DNA from: an uncultured Gammaproteobacteria bacterium
GTDB taxonomy: Bacteria; Patescibacteriota; Patescibacteriia; UBA11705
NCBI GenBank assembly: GCA_964413735.1
Contig: CAYPSS010000001.1
Coordinates: 56,237-120,236 of the forward strand
DNA: 64,000 bases
Reading direction: 5' to 3'
Part shown: in pieces, positions 10,531-20,664 of the stretch
How the letters are laid out: each line of letters opens with the position of its first letter
How positions within the stretch are numbered: position 1 is the stretch's first letter
Made by a program: the position numbers and the translations under genes
The notes under the pieces: model-generated
Told to the model about the DNA's origin: nothing
The model's input: only the letters and a program-made list of their open reading frames with translations
Database searches by the model: none

Positions 10531-12199
10531 TTTTTTCCGATCCGCCAATTACTTTATAATCAATTATATCTTCACTAAAACCCACTTTATTTAAAACTGT
10601 TTTACCCATAATTTCAATTGGCTGTACTATAAAATGTTTTGTTTCCGGCAAAAAAGACAAGGACCTTTCCTGTCTTCCTTTGGCGATATGAATTATCTTT
10701 TCACTCAATACTTGGCCACTGCCATTTTTTTGTTGGATCAAATAATTACCCGGCTGAGAGAAATTAACTGTCCGGAAATGGCTGAGATCTAAATCAAAAT
10801 TTTCCACCCCTAACCCAATAAACGAGAAATCATCAATAAATGCCCGCGGTTTTTTCCGTACTAATAAATCATAGATGTAATTCTCCGCCTTACCAGAAAC
10901 ATTCTTGTTTTTCAACTGAAAAGTAAGAATATCCGCTTCGTTAAAAATCACATTATCAATTTGCTGCGGCACCATATATGGTTTATCCGAAAACTGCCGA
11001 AAACCTTGATCTACATATGATAAAGCGTATAAATTTTTATTACCCGTTAAGTAGGGCAAAAAGTCGTACCCGGCGACAACATTGGCTTCAGACGGAAGTT
11101 TATTTATTATTTCACTAAAAAAATATTTTTCTATCTCCGGTCGCTTAATTTTGTTAATTTCCATAATCGGACCAAGCGTAATAAACGAATAAATGGTAGC
11201 GCTAATTAAAAAAATTGGTAAAAACTTTTGATAAGCAATTAAAACTTTAATTTTATTGAGCAAAATCTCGTGCACCACATAAATCAAGACGATAAATCCA
11301 ACGACTAAAAATAATGTCGCATAATGTCCCCGCAATACGATGGTGCCAAGCCCGCCAATTAAGACATATTGCGCATAAATCGGGATTAAAGGGAATAAAT
11401 ATTTTAACCGCAAAAATGGTAAAAAACCAAATGGCAAAAATATCCCGAACAACAAGTCCAGTTGATCCAAAGTAAAAATTTTTGACCAAAAATCTAGGTA
11501 ATAAATACCATATTTATATGCCCCCTGATTGAAAAATGATATTAAAACCAAGGATAAAATAAACCACAACAAACCACTCACAAAAGCAAAAATACTATAA
11601 CGATTAATTTTCCGTTCTTTTAATAACAAACCTAAACCAAAAAACATTATGATTAGGGACACATCCTCACGAACCATCAAGGAAGCCAAAGAAAAAATAA
11701 CAAAGGGAACCCATGCTTTCTTTAAGTAAAAATAAAACGAAAAAAACAAAAAAAACAAAGCCATGGGCAAAACATGAAATTCAAACAAAGCCATTTGCCA
11801 AACAAACGGATTTAACAAATATAAAACAACAAACAACCAGGCATATTTTTTATCTGTCAAAACTTGACGGGCGATCAAAAATAACGGCCAGCCGGCTAAA
11901 CAAATAAACGCTGCTTGAATAAACAATAAAAAAATCGGCGAAGAAAAACCCCAGTATCCCAAAGTCAATGGCAAAAGCCATAATTCCAAATGATCCCCAA
12001 AATATACCCCGCCCTGAATCGTGGAATAAAACCAATTACCATTAATGGTATTTTGTAAAACATTACTATAAATAGCCAAATCCAAACAATTATAACGAAA
12101 ATTGTTAAATTTATAAATTATCAAGCCAAACATTAAACCAAAAGCTACCGCAATTATAGTGAACAGTAATAAATTTTGTTTTCGATTTGATAAATTCAT
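10517..12199 (-). CDS. DUF2079-like membrane protein (GT-C-like)
   Basis: DLAIY, YFGDH, FEFH, LMVREDV. Confidence 0.7.
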   Translation of the reverse strand: MNLSNRKQNLLLFTIIAVAFGLMFGLIIYKFNNFRYNCLDLAIYSNVLQNTINGNWFYSTIQGGVYFGDHLELWLLPLTLGYWGFSSPIFLLFIQAAFICLAGWPLFLIARQVLTDKKYAWLFVVLYLLNPFVWQMALFEFHVLPMALFFLFFSFYFYLKKAWVPFVIFSLASLMVREDVSLIIMFFGLGLLLKERKINRYSIFAFVSGLLWFILSLVLISFFNQGAYKYGIYYLDFWSKIFTLDQLDLLFGIFLPFGFLPFLRLKYLFPLIPIYAQYVLIGGLGTIVLRGHYATLFLVVGFIVLIYVVHEILLNKIKVLIAYQKFLPIFLISATIYSFITLGPIMEINKIKRPEIEKYFFSEIINKLPSEANVVAGYDFLPYLTGNKNLYALSYVDQGFRQFSDKPYMVPQQIDNVIFNEADILTFQLKNKNVSGKAENYIYDLLVRKKPRAFIDDFSFIGLGVENFDLDLSHFRTVNFSQPGNYLIQQKNGSGQVLSEKIIHIAKGRQERSLSFLPETKHFIVQPIEIMGKTVLNKVGFSEDIIDYKVIGGSEKINIQ

Positions 12200-12229
12200 A
12201 CTTATTCATTATAAACAATACTTTTAAAA

Positions 12230-12255
12230 CAAAAAAGCCCCCTAAAGGGGCTTTT
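12230..12255. terminator. Intrinsic terminator closing the pilin array
   Basis: aaaagcccc-ctaaa-ggggctttt hairpin with flanking A/T tracts. Confidence 0.75.
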
Positions 12256-12262
12256 GTAATTT

Positions 12263-12658
12263 TTATCGTCCGGCAGTTCCGGTTGCTTCTGTTAATCTTG
12301 AAACCACAAAGTTGGTAATCCCATAAGCGGCCAAAATAATCACCAAACCAATAATGGCGTTGGTTAAATATTTTTTACCTTGTTCCACCCCATCTTTTTC
12401 ACCACCGGCAGTCATATACTTAAACCCGCCAATAATAATCATAATCACCATCACCACGCCCAAAAAACTTAAAATAATATTAATGATTCGACCAATAATT
12501 ACCGGCAAATCATCTGATGGAGTTTCCCCTGGACCATAAATTCCTTCACCGGTATTTACTAAAGTCCCTTGAATGTCCACTTGGGCCAAAACGCTTGGCG
12601 CCACAAGCAAGAGACAAACCAGCAACCCAAGGAAATACCCGAAAAGTTTTGTCTTCAT
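12263..12658 (-). CDS. VirB2/TrbC-like pilin (CPR type)
   Basis: Signal peptide, two hydrophobic helices, GFKYMTAGG..K..LTNAIIGL. Confidence 0.85.
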   Translation of the reverse strand: MKTKLFGYFLGLLVCLLLVAPSVLAQVDIQGTLVNTGEGIYGPGETPSDDLPVIIGRIINIILSFLGVVMVIMIIIGGFKYMTAGGEKDGVEQGKKYLTNAIIGLVIILAAYGITNFVVSRLTEATGTAGR

Positions 12659-12691
12659 AATTTTATTATGTTAATTATTTATATTTAATTA

Positions 12692-13087
12692 TTAATCAAT
12701 TAAATAAGCTGACTCCATTAATCGTCTTACCACAAATGAGGTAATAGAATAAGCCGTCACACAAATTACCAGGCCGATAATCGCATTGGTAATGGTTTTC
12801 TTGGCTTCCTCTAATTTGGTTTTATCCCCTTCGGCCGTCATATATTTCACCCCGGCCAAAATAATGAGCACCATCATCACTACCGCTAAAACCGCCAAAA
12901 CAATGGAAATAATTCGACCAATCACGGCCGGCAAATACGGCGCGTCCGCATGTCCGTAACTTTCATTACCAAAAGTACCCATGGCATTACCCGCTTGTTC
13001 CTGCAAAGAACTGGCCGCCAAAACTTCCCCGCCTAGAAAAAGCGCGAAAATTAATAGCAAAGTAATTAATATTTTTTTATTAAACAT
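12692..13087 (-). CDS. VirB2/TrbC-like pilin
   Basis: GVKYMTAEGD..AKKTITNAIIGL. Confidence 0.85.
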   Translation of the reverse strand: MFNKKILITLLLIFALFLGGEVLAASSLQEQAGNAMGTFGNESYGHADAPYLPAVIGRIISIVLAVLAVVMMVLIILAGVKYMTAEGDKTKLEEAKKTITNAIIGLVICVTAYSITSFVVRRLMESAYLID

Positions 13088-13097
13088 ATGATTAAAA

Positions 13098-13264
13098 AAG
13101 TAATAAGCAAGAAAGTGCTAAGCGAGATAAGTAAGACAAGTGAGACAAGTAAAACGAGTGAAACGAGTATTAAAAGGGGTTAGGGATAAGGGATTAGGGG
13201 GGCTAGAAAATGAGGGAATAAAAATAAAAACCATATTCTCACTCTGAACTTGTTTCAGAGTCTG
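13098..13264. repeat. Purine-rich short-period imperfect repeats followed by a 29-bp REP-like palindrome
   Basis: taagcaagaaagt/taagtaagacaagt units; ttctcactctgaacttgtttcagagtctg at 13236-13264 is identical to 24428-24456. Confidence 0.75.
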
Positions 13265-13303
13265 TGCTATGATCTGGACAAATAAAAAGATCTATTACAG
13301 TGT

Positions 13304-13699
13304 CTATGAGGTCGGGGAAATTAAAGCATTAATCAAAATTTGATTCATTACATAACTGGAAATTGAATACGCGAGCAAAATTATAATAAGGCCAATAATA
13401 CCGTTTTTGATCCAATCCTTAGCCTTTTCCACTTCATCCTTTTTTCCACCGGCCGTTAAATATTTATAACCACCCATTAAAATAATCACCGTTAAAACAA
13501 CACCGGAAACCACCAATACACCATTCACGATCCGTCCAATCACCACCAATAAATTTGACTCTGTTCCCTCGCCATAAACCGCTTCACCGCCCTGTTGTAG
13601 ATTTTGATTAGCGGTTTCAAAAACATTTTCCGCTTGAACCGACGTAAAAGCGCCAAACAATATTATAGTTAAGATCAAAAAAACTAATACTTTATTCAT
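13304..13699 (-). CDS. VirB2/TrbC-like pilin
   Basis: GYKYLTAGG..VEKAKDWIKNGIIGL. Confidence 0.85.
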   Translation of the reverse strand: MNKVLVFLILTIILFGAFTSVQAENVFETANQNLQQGGEAVYGEGTESNLLVVIGRIVNGVLVVSGVVLTVIILMGGYKYLTAGGKKDEVEKAKDWIKNGIIGLIIILLAYSISSYVMNQILINALISPTS

Positions 13700-13709
13700 A
13701 TTGCTTTAA

Positions 13710-14090
13710 TTATTGTTGAACATTTATTATCAATTGAATCACTTGAGTGGAAATCGCGTAAGCCAAACCAATAATAATTACGCCGATAATACTGTTGGTT
13801 AAATAAGCTTTGGCCTTGGTAATATTCTTAGAATCTTCACCGGCGAGCATATATAAGACTCCACCATAGATTATTAAAATCATTAAAACAAAACCAACCA
13901 AAGCCAGTACCCCATTAATAATGCGTCCCACTAACAATGTCAAATTGCCAGAGGCTCCAACATCAAATCCGGAAGCATCAGCAGTTGCATTTAATCCGGT
14001 GTCACTGGGTTCAAAAGCAATTACTGTCGTGATTCCCAGAGTAAAAACTATAATTAGTAATAAGAAACTGAATACAAATATTTTTTTCAT
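13710..14090 (-). CDS. VirB2/TrbC-like pilin
   Basis: GVLYMLAGED..KAKAYLTNSIIG. Confidence 0.85.
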   Translation of the reverse strand: MKKIFVFSFLLLIIVFTLGITTVIAFEPSDTGLNATADASGFDVGASGNLTLLVGRIINGVLALVGFVLMILIIYGGVLYMLAGEDSKNITKAKAYLTNSIIGVIIIGLAYAISTQVIQLIINVQQ

Positions 14091-14095
14091 AAATT

Positions 14096-14488
14096 TTATT
14101 TCATGGTTTGTGATCCCAAAAGATTAATAACATAATTGGCAATCCCATAACTCAAAGCAATCAAACCAAGGCCCAGCGCCGCATAAATAATGTAATTTCG
14201 TCCGGTACTAACCTTGTCCGAATCGCCACCGGCAAGCATCCAAGTTAATCCGCCATATAAAACCAACACAAAGAAAATCACGCCGACCATGGATAAAATC
14301 GCTTTGATAATATCACCAATTTTATTTTGTACCAATACTTGACCGTAAGCACCTTCCGAACCTTCTGGTAATAAATTGGCCGTCTTGGCGGTTTCGTCCA
14401 ACCCTTCGGTAATAGACTTAGCCGATACCATAAAACCGAAAAAAAACATTACTAAAATGGCGATTATTGTAATAATTTTTATTTTCAT
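14096..14488 (-). CDS. VirB2/TrbC-like pilin (start moved to MKIKII)
   Basis: GLTWMLAGGDSDKV..GRNYIIYAALGL. Confidence 0.8.
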   Translation of the reverse strand: MKIKIITIIAILVMFFFGFMVSAKSITEGLDETAKTANLLPEGSEGAYGQVLVQNKIGDIIKAILSMVGVIFFVLVLYGGLTWMLAGGDSDKVSTGRNYIIYAALGLGLIALSYGIANYVINLLGSQTMK

Positions 14489-14562
14489 AATTGCTTCCGC
14501 TGAATTCAAAAAATTTAAATTCACCGGAAGCAGCGGATATCAATCCGCTACTTTATAAAAAA

Positions 14563-14937
14563 CTAAGTACCCATGGTTGCTTCCATCAATCGACTGATAA
14601 CAAAAGTGGTGATAGCGTAAGCACTGAGAATAATCACCAAGCCGATAATACCGGAAATAATGTATTTTCGCGCATTATCAATTTTTTCTTGCGCTCCACC
14701 AGCCGTCATATACTTGAAACCACCGATCAAAATAATTACTACCGCCACAACGCCCAAAAAGCCCAAAGCCACATTGATAATGGCACCAACTGTTGTTCGA
14801 ATGTCTTTTGAACCTAGGATCAACTCATTTCCAATGGCATCAGTTCCAAATGGATCGTTTATTTGCGCCATAACCGGCATTACCAAAGAAAACGCAAAAA
14901 CCGCCACCACCAGAAACATTGTTAATTTTTTTAACAT
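14563..14937 (-). CDS. VirB2/TrbC-like pilin, candidate major subunit
   Basis: GFKYMTAGG..IDNARKYIISGIIGL; own TGCTATAAT upstream and hairpin downstream. Confidence 0.85.
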   Translation of the reverse strand: MLKKLTMFLVVAVFAFSLVMPVMAQINDPFGTDAIGNELILGSKDIRTTVGAIINVALGFLGVVAVVIILIGGFKYMTAGGAQEKIDNARKYIISGIIGLVIILSAYAITTFVISRLMEATMGT

Positions 14938-15011
14938 TTTTTTTTAGTTATTTATTAAAATTTGTTTATATATATAGCGACCTTTGGTTGTTTATATTAT
15001 AGCAAAATTCA

Positions 15012-16544
15012 TTATAATTTTGAAATAATGAAGTTGAGGACAGAATAACTAAGGAAAATAGCCGCCAAACCCAAAATGGCCCAAAGGAAAGTATCCTTGG
15101 CCTCTGTCACCTTTTTCTTATCGCCACCACTGAACATATAACTCAGTCCACCATAAACAAAAATTGCAAAAGCAACCGAGCCAATAATACCAAAAACATA
15201 CTTTAATAATTCTCCAATAATCAAGGGCACACTTTTCCCTGTACCAACCAAACCAGAGGAACTAAACTTCTGAATTTGCGCCACCATATCATTATACAAA
15301 GCCGTCCCCTTGCCTTCTTCGCCACCTATTTTTGGCGCCTCAGCTTTTAACTCATCACACTGCGCTTCTCGTTCGGCAATTTTGGTTTGGTCATCAAAAG
15401 CCGCGGCCGCTTCTTTACATTTTAAAAGTGCCGCCGCCTCGGCCGTTGTTGCCGATATTTCATTACAACTATTTCTTAAATCCTCAATATTATTAGAAGT
15501 TTCTGATAATTCCAAACATTTATTTTTAATTTTTGCCACAATATCCGACATCCCGATACCTAAATTTTTTACAGTTATACTGGCCTGACCACCCCAACTT
15601 GATTTAACACTTATCAAAGCTCCGCCTGATAATCCTCCAGTAATCGTAATGGTCTTACCATTATTACTACTAATACTAACAACTGATGATGATGATGTTT
15701 CCCAAGTAAAAGCAGTTTCAACTCCAACATTTTCAAAATTACTGGAAGCGGTCAATTGGATTTGTTGATCGTTGTTTATTGAAACTTCATTATTCGTAAC
15801 AGTAATTTCTGCTGGTAAAATCATTTGTAAAGAATCTTTTTGTGGAAACATCGCAAAATCTCCTCGCACATAACTATAAGCATCATTACATGATTGGGTT
15901 GGTTCAAATTCCAACAGTGAATCATAGAGGTAATTTGCCTGTTCCACCATAGGATAATTTTCAGCATGATTATAAGTAACCATCTTAAGGTAAGCGGCCC
16001 AAATACTAGAAACTTCTGAAAAGCTTTGAGCTTTTTGTAAATTTTCTTTTAAGCTGTTACTAAGCTCTGAATCAATATTTAATACCCCCTCAACAATAAC
16101 TTCTTTATCATATTTGGAAAAATTATTAGGAGAAGCAATATAAATTAAACGTTGAGGTATTGTAGTATTAAAAACTGCACAACCACGATATTCTTTATAA
16201 TCCACCTCGGTTTTTGATTTACTATTAGGGAATCGGGTAAAACAGAGATCTTTATTGATACTTGCTTCGGCAATTAAATCCCAAGTATATCGATTATAAT
16301 AATCAACAAATAAACGTTCCGGTGATTGGCGATATTCATTGGTAAAAGTATTAAAACAAGAATTAATACATTCTGTTTCAGAAGTGGCATCAATCAAGGA
16401 AGTTGAATCTTTGGTTACAGCAAAAGATTCCCGATCTGCATCAGCCACCTTCAAATAACAACAACATTTTGTCGCCTGAGCAACCGACAAATCAAAAATA
16501 AAAAAACTACAAACAATAATTAAACCGATTAAATATTTTTTCAT
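15012..16544 (-). CDS. Large pilin with Cys-rich and Ig-like (Big_2-like) passenger region
   Basis: Signal peptide, CCC and paired Cys, 'QIQLTAS..FTWETSSSSVVSI', C-terminal GLSYMFSGGD..EAKDTFLWAILGL. Confidence 0.75.
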   Translation of the reverse strand: MKKYLIGLIIVCSFFIFDLSVAQATKCCCYLKVADADRESFAVTKDSTSLIDATSETECINSCFNTFTNEYRQSPERLFVDYYNRYTWDLIAEASINKDLCFTRFPNSKSKTEVDYKEYRGCAVFNTTIPQRLIYIASPNNFSKYDKEVIVEGVLNIDSELSNSLKENLQKAQSFSEVSSIWAAYLKMVTYNHAENYPMVEQANYLYDSLLEFEPTQSCNDAYSYVRGDFAMFPQKDSLQMILPAEITVTNNEVSINNDQQIQLTASSNFENVGVETAFTWETSSSSVVSISSNNGKTITITGGLSGGALISVKSSWGGQASITVKNLGIGMSDIVAKIKNKCLELSETSNNIEDLRNSCNEISATTAEAAALLKCKEAAAAFDDQTKIAEREAQCDELKAEAPKIGGEEGKGTALYNDMVAQIQKFSSSGLVGTGKSVPLIIGELLKYVFGIIGSVAFAIFVYGGLSYMFSGGDKKKVTEAKDTFLWAILGLAAIFLSYSVLNFIISKL

Positions 16545-16547
16545 ATA

Positions 16548-16913
16548 TTATTGCGTGGCAATAGCCGATATTACCACTTTCAAAATTATTCCCCCACCCA
16601 GAACAATCAAAAGGCCGATAATAGCGTAAACAATCGTGTCCTTAGCTTTTTTAATAAAATCCGGTTTAGCCCCACCGGCAATATACATGAGACCACCGGC
16701 CACCAAGGCCACCAACGCCAAACTTCCGGAAATACCTAAAGCAAAAGTAACGATGTTAATTACCGTTTCCTCGAAAACCGTCAGATTACAGGTAGTTAAA
16801 CTGCCGGTTTTGCATTCGGTTGGCACCAAGCCTTGGAAAGTCGCACCCTGCGCCTGAAAACCAAAACCCATCAATATCATCATCAAGCTGAAAATTAAAA
16901 TTTTATTTTTCAT
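16548..16913 (-). CDS. VirB2/TrbC-like pilin with a Cys pair
   Basis: GLVPTEC..C, GLMYIAGG..KAKDTIVYAIIGL. Confidence 0.8.
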   Translation of the reverse strand: MKNKILIFSLMMILMGFGFQAQGATFQGLVPTECKTGSLTTCNLTVFEETVINIVTFALGISGSLALVALVAGGLMYIAGGAKPDFIKKAKDTIVYAIIGLLIVLGGGIILKVVISAIATQ

Positions 16914-16920
16914 ATTTAAT

Positions 16921-18363
16921 TTATTTCATGGTTTGCTGAACTTTTTGCACCGCCAAATCAATCACTTGTCGTGAAGTAAACTCACCGGTTTGCAAAGAAT
17001 CAATCATTTCTTGAAATATTTTTTCCGTTGCCGGTTGGTTTTTTCCACGATACCAAGATTTAGCGGTCAAAGTTTGTTCTACGAAAACCGCGACCGCATC
17101 ATTTTCCAATTGTTTATCATACAAGGAGCGCAGGGCGGTTGGCTTTTGAGTCTTCTCCAAATACTTTTCCGCTTGTTTTTGCTCGGTCATAAAACGAATG
17201 AAATCCCAAGCATAATTTTTGTTCTTTGATTTATTGGAAACACTATGCACCCAATAATTGGCATAATTCAATTCTTCATAACCTTGAACTTGTAACATCG
17301 GCGCAATATCAAAGTTTAATTTTGGCGCTTGAGAAACAATAATCGGACGATGATAAGCATAACCCAAAAAATAAGCGGACTTACCATCAATAAAAGCCTT
17401 TAATGAATTATCCATTTTGTTATTCCAAGTATATGATTTCAAAATCGGATCCGCAAAAGAAGCATAAAACTCCAAAGCATTGATGGCCGGAGCCTTGGTA
17501 ATTTCCGGCTGTCCGGCTAATTCACGAGGAATACGATGAAAATTAACATTTCCCGCTTCATCTACCATTTCCGCTTTTAATTGCATCATCAATAACGACA
17601 AAATATCAAAACTGCGTTCAATGTTGGTCGATGTCCCCAGCGGGATTCCGGCTAACAAAATATTATTATTGTTATCAACCCGTCTGATTTTCTCAATCTG
17701 TGATTCAAGCTCCGTCCAATATTGCGCCGGCAAAGGAATTTTCGCATTATTCAAAATATCTTTATTATAATACAAAGCCAAAGTATCTAAACTTAAAGGC
17801 AACCCGAAGACTCGATAATTCCACTTGGGATCATTTTCCGTGCCATCATTATAGCGCCACACCACATCACGCGAAACCGTATCCCCAAACATGGTTTCAA
17901 TTTGTTTGGGCGTATACATTTTTTGTTGTTGAATCACTATTCGCTCTTCTTGTTTAACCGTTCCGGTCACAATTTTAAAAGGTAAATTCACCGAAGCCGG
18001 CATTGGTTCCAATAAATTAAGATATTCATTAACCCAAGTATTATGCAAAGAAAAAATATCCGGGCCTTGATCCAAAGCAAAGGATTTAATCAATTCATCC
18101 TTGTATTCTTCCGGTTTCAACTGTTTAAACTCAATTGAAACATTGGGGTGCAAGGCGCGATAATCATTAATAATTTCATTATATGCTTCGCGCGTATCAT
18201 GCACTGTCCAAAAAACCAATTTTACCGGAGTTAATGCGCCCGTTTCACCTTGTTTAGAACAACTTAATCCGATCGTCGTAAACATGACCACCAAAAGAAA
18301 CAAAGACATTATTCGAATTTTTTGTTTTTTATTAGATAAAATAGCCCGAATGATTTTATTCAT
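16921..18363 (-). CDS. Extracellular solute-binding lipoprotein (sugar-type)
   Basis: GLSC lipobox, GPDIF, GLPLSLDTLALYYNKD, AWDFIRF. Confidence 0.85.
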   Translation of the reverse strand: MNKIIRAILSNKKQKIRIMSLFLLVVMFTTIGLSCSKQGETGALTPVKLVFWTVHDTREAYNEIINDYRALHPNVSIEFKQLKPEEYKDELIKSFALDQGPDIFSLHNTWVNEYLNLLEPMPASVNLPFKIVTGTVKQEERIVIQQQKMYTPKQIETMFGDTVSRDVVWRYNDGTENDPKWNYRVFGLPLSLDTLALYYNKDILNNAKIPLPAQYWTELESQIEKIRRVDNNNNILLAGIPLGTSTNIERSFDILSLLMMQLKAEMVDEAGNVNFHRIPRELAGQPEITKAPAINALEFYASFADPILKSYTWNNKMDNSLKAFIDGKSAYFLGYAYHRPIIVSQAPKLNFDIAPMLQVQGYEELNYANYWVHSVSNKSKNKNYAWDFIRFMTEQKQAEKYLEKTQKPTALRSLYDKQLENDAVAVFVEQTLTAKSWYRGKNQPATEKIFQEMIDSLQTGEFTSRQVIDLAVQKVQQTMK

Positions 18364-18367
18364 ATTT

Positions 18368-19237
18368 TTATTTTAAATTCAAACTGCGAAGGTATTTACG
18401 AAATTCATTTTTTACATCTTGATGTTTCAAAGCAATTTCAATATTAGCTTTCAAATAACCGAATTTTGAACCAGTGTCGTAATATGTTCCATCAATCAAG
18501 CGCGCATAAACCGATCGTTTTTTCATTAATTTAATAATGGCATCCACCAACCAAAGCTCGCCACCCTTGCCCAAAGTTGTTGATTCCAGCGCTTCAAAAA
18601 TATCCGGGGTTAAAATATAACCGCCGATTGATCCCAGCAATGATGGGGCCTTTTCCGGTCCCGGCTTTTCCACCAATTTTTTCACTTCAAAGACATCGTT
18701 GCCCAAACTTATTCCATCAATCACTCCATAACGTTTTGTTTCCTGTTTAGTAATTTGTTTGACCGTTAATACCGGATCACCGTATTTATTAAAAGTATCA
18801 ATCAGTTGACTTAATCGTGTTTTTTTCTTTGTCACCCAAAATTCATCACCCCAAACCACCGCAAACGGTTCATTGCCAATCAAACTCTTGGCACACAAAA
18901 CCGGGGTTCCATTTCCATACGGTCCTTTTTGACGAATAAAAATGAAATTCGCCATATCCGCAATTTTCTTGATTTCATCACGTTCTTGTTCTTTGCCAAC
19001 ACTTTTCAAATAATGCTGAATTTCAAAGTTATAGCTAAAATGATCTTCCACCGCTCGTTTACCGCTACCGGTGACTAAAATAATATCTTCGATTCCCGAA
19101 GCCACCGCCTCCTCTACCACATATTGAATAATCGGTTTATCTACAATTGGAAGCATTTCCTTTGGTTGTGCCTTGGTCGCCGGCAAAAACCTGGTTCCAT
19201 AACCGGCCACCGGAATTACAATTTTTTTGATTGCCAT
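18368..19237 (-). CDS. galU: UTP-glucose-1-phosphate uridylyltransferase
   Basis: PVAGYGTRFLPATKAQPKEMLPIVDKP, VEKP. Confidence 0.95.
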   Translation of the reverse strand: MAIKKIVIPVAGYGTRFLPATKAQPKEMLPIVDKPIIQYVVEEAVASGIEDIILVTGSGKRAVEDHFSYNFEIQHYLKSVGKEQERDEIKKIADMANFIFIRQKGPYGNGTPVLCAKSLIGNEPFAVVWGDEFWVTKKKTRLSQLIDTFNKYGDPVLTVKQITKQETKRYGVIDGISLGNDVFEVKKLVEKPGPEKAPSLLGSIGGYILTPDIFEALESTTLGKGGELWLVDAIIKLMKKRSVYARLIDGTYYDTGSKFGYLKANIEIALKHQDVKNEFRKYLRSLNLK

Positions 19238-19371
19238 AATAAATAAAACTTTTAGGAATAGCCCTTTTTATCAAATTTATCGTATTTTTATTATAGCACA
19301 AATAATCAAATGCGCCCAAAAAAAATACCCACATTAAAAGGTGAGAATAAGTTTTTTATTTTCTTGAAAAT

Positions 19372-20583
19372 TTAACCGTTTTTCAATGCATATTGCCAAA
19401 TCTTTTCCGCAACATTTATGGGTGCTCCCTGCGTTGGGAAATGATGCATATCAATATAAGGTAAAGTGTTGTTTTCCAGAAAAATAAATGATTGGTCTTG
19501 ATAATGTTTTTTTTCATCTTCACAAATAAAGTCTAGGCCACAAACAACGGCCGACAAAGATTGTGATACCTTTTCACAAAGATTTTTGGTTTCCGGATGT
19601 AATGATTCCGTCACATTAACAATTTCCGCCCCCGCCCCAAGCGTGATTTTTTGTCCTAAAACAATTTTTTGGCCCATCGATAAAACATCATCCAGCCTTA
19701 ATCCGAGAGAATTTAAATAAATTTCCAAATCATCATTAACTTCAATTTGATGTAAAGTGGCATCACGTCGCTGTTTTGGCAAACGCCAAGGATGTTTATT
19801 ATAATTTGCAATTAAACTTTTAATAGTGTTTTCACCATCACCGTAAATAGTGGCCGGCATTCGCTTGGCACAAGCCACCATTTGACCATCAATCACCACT
19901 GCGCGATAAACATGACCAATTGCGAAACGCTCGACAATCACCTTGGCGCTGATTTGTTTGGCGATTCTCAAAGCCTGATCAAAATCTTCCCAACTTTTAA
20001 TCTGAAAAAAAGCATGGCGACTGAGTGATGAATCATTGGGCTTTACCACCAAAGGAAAACCGATTTTCCGGCCAAAAGTTTTGGCTTTTTTTATCGAAAA
20101 AAATGATTGCCCGGGAGCAATCGGCCAATTATTTTTTTCCAAGACTTTTCGGAAATATTCTTTGGTATCCAGATTTTTGCTTTGGGTGACAATATCAAAC
20201 AAAGGTAATTCCTGGAAATATCTTGTCTTACCTTGATTATGCCAAGAAAAAAATGATAAGTATGATTTATTTTTATTTTTCAATTGATAAGCTCTGATAT
20301 CCAATTGTAATTTTTTCGCTTCATCCCAAATAACCAAAGTTCGATTATAAAACTGCCTTCGATCAATTTGCGAGGTGACTTCCACCAAATCAAATAATCT
20401 CAAAATAAAAACCAAAAAACGAATAAACAAAATGTCAATTGATTCAATGATTCTTTTTGGAAAAAAATTAGTGAACCTTTCCGCCAATGGATCAATAATC
20501 AAAGTTTCCAAATAAGAAACCATCTTATCATGCCAATGATTTTCCTCTAACGGATAGCAATGGGGACACTTTTTATTTTTCAT
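19372..20583 (-). CDS. Cyanophycin synthetase-like ATP-grasp protein with N-terminal CPHC motif
   Basis: PLVVKP, RMPATIYGDG, CGLDFI, LENNTLPYIDMHHFP. Confidence 0.75.
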   Translation of the reverse strand: MKNKKCPHCYPLEENHWHDKMVSYLETLIIDPLAERFTNFFPKRIIESIDILFIRFLVFILRLFDLVEVTSQIDRRQFYNRTLVIWDEAKKLQLDIRAYQLKNKNKSYLSFFSWHNQGKTRYFQELPLFDIVTQSKNLDTKEYFRKVLEKNNWPIAPGQSFFSIKKAKTFGRKIGFPLVVKPNDSSLSRHAFFQIKSWEDFDQALRIAKQISAKVIVERFAIGHVYRAVVIDGQMVACAKRMPATIYGDGENTIKSLIANYNKHPWRLPKQRRDATLHQIEVNDDLEIYLNSLGLRLDDVLSMGQKIVLGQKITLGAGAEIVNVTESLHPETKNLCEKVSQSLSAVVCGLDFICEDEKKHYQDQSFIFLENNTLPYIDMHHFPTQGAPINVAEKIWQYALKNG

Positions 20584-20664
20584 AATAATTAAAAAATATC
20601 ATGCTCCGATAAATAAAGCAAAAACATCCTTAATCAGGATGCTTTTTATTAAATTATATAATTG

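Noticed and set aside
12263-16913. Diversity-generating retroelement or invertible shufflon acting on pilins
   Set aside because: No reverse transcriptase or invertase, no TR/VR pair seen, and all pilins are co-oriented
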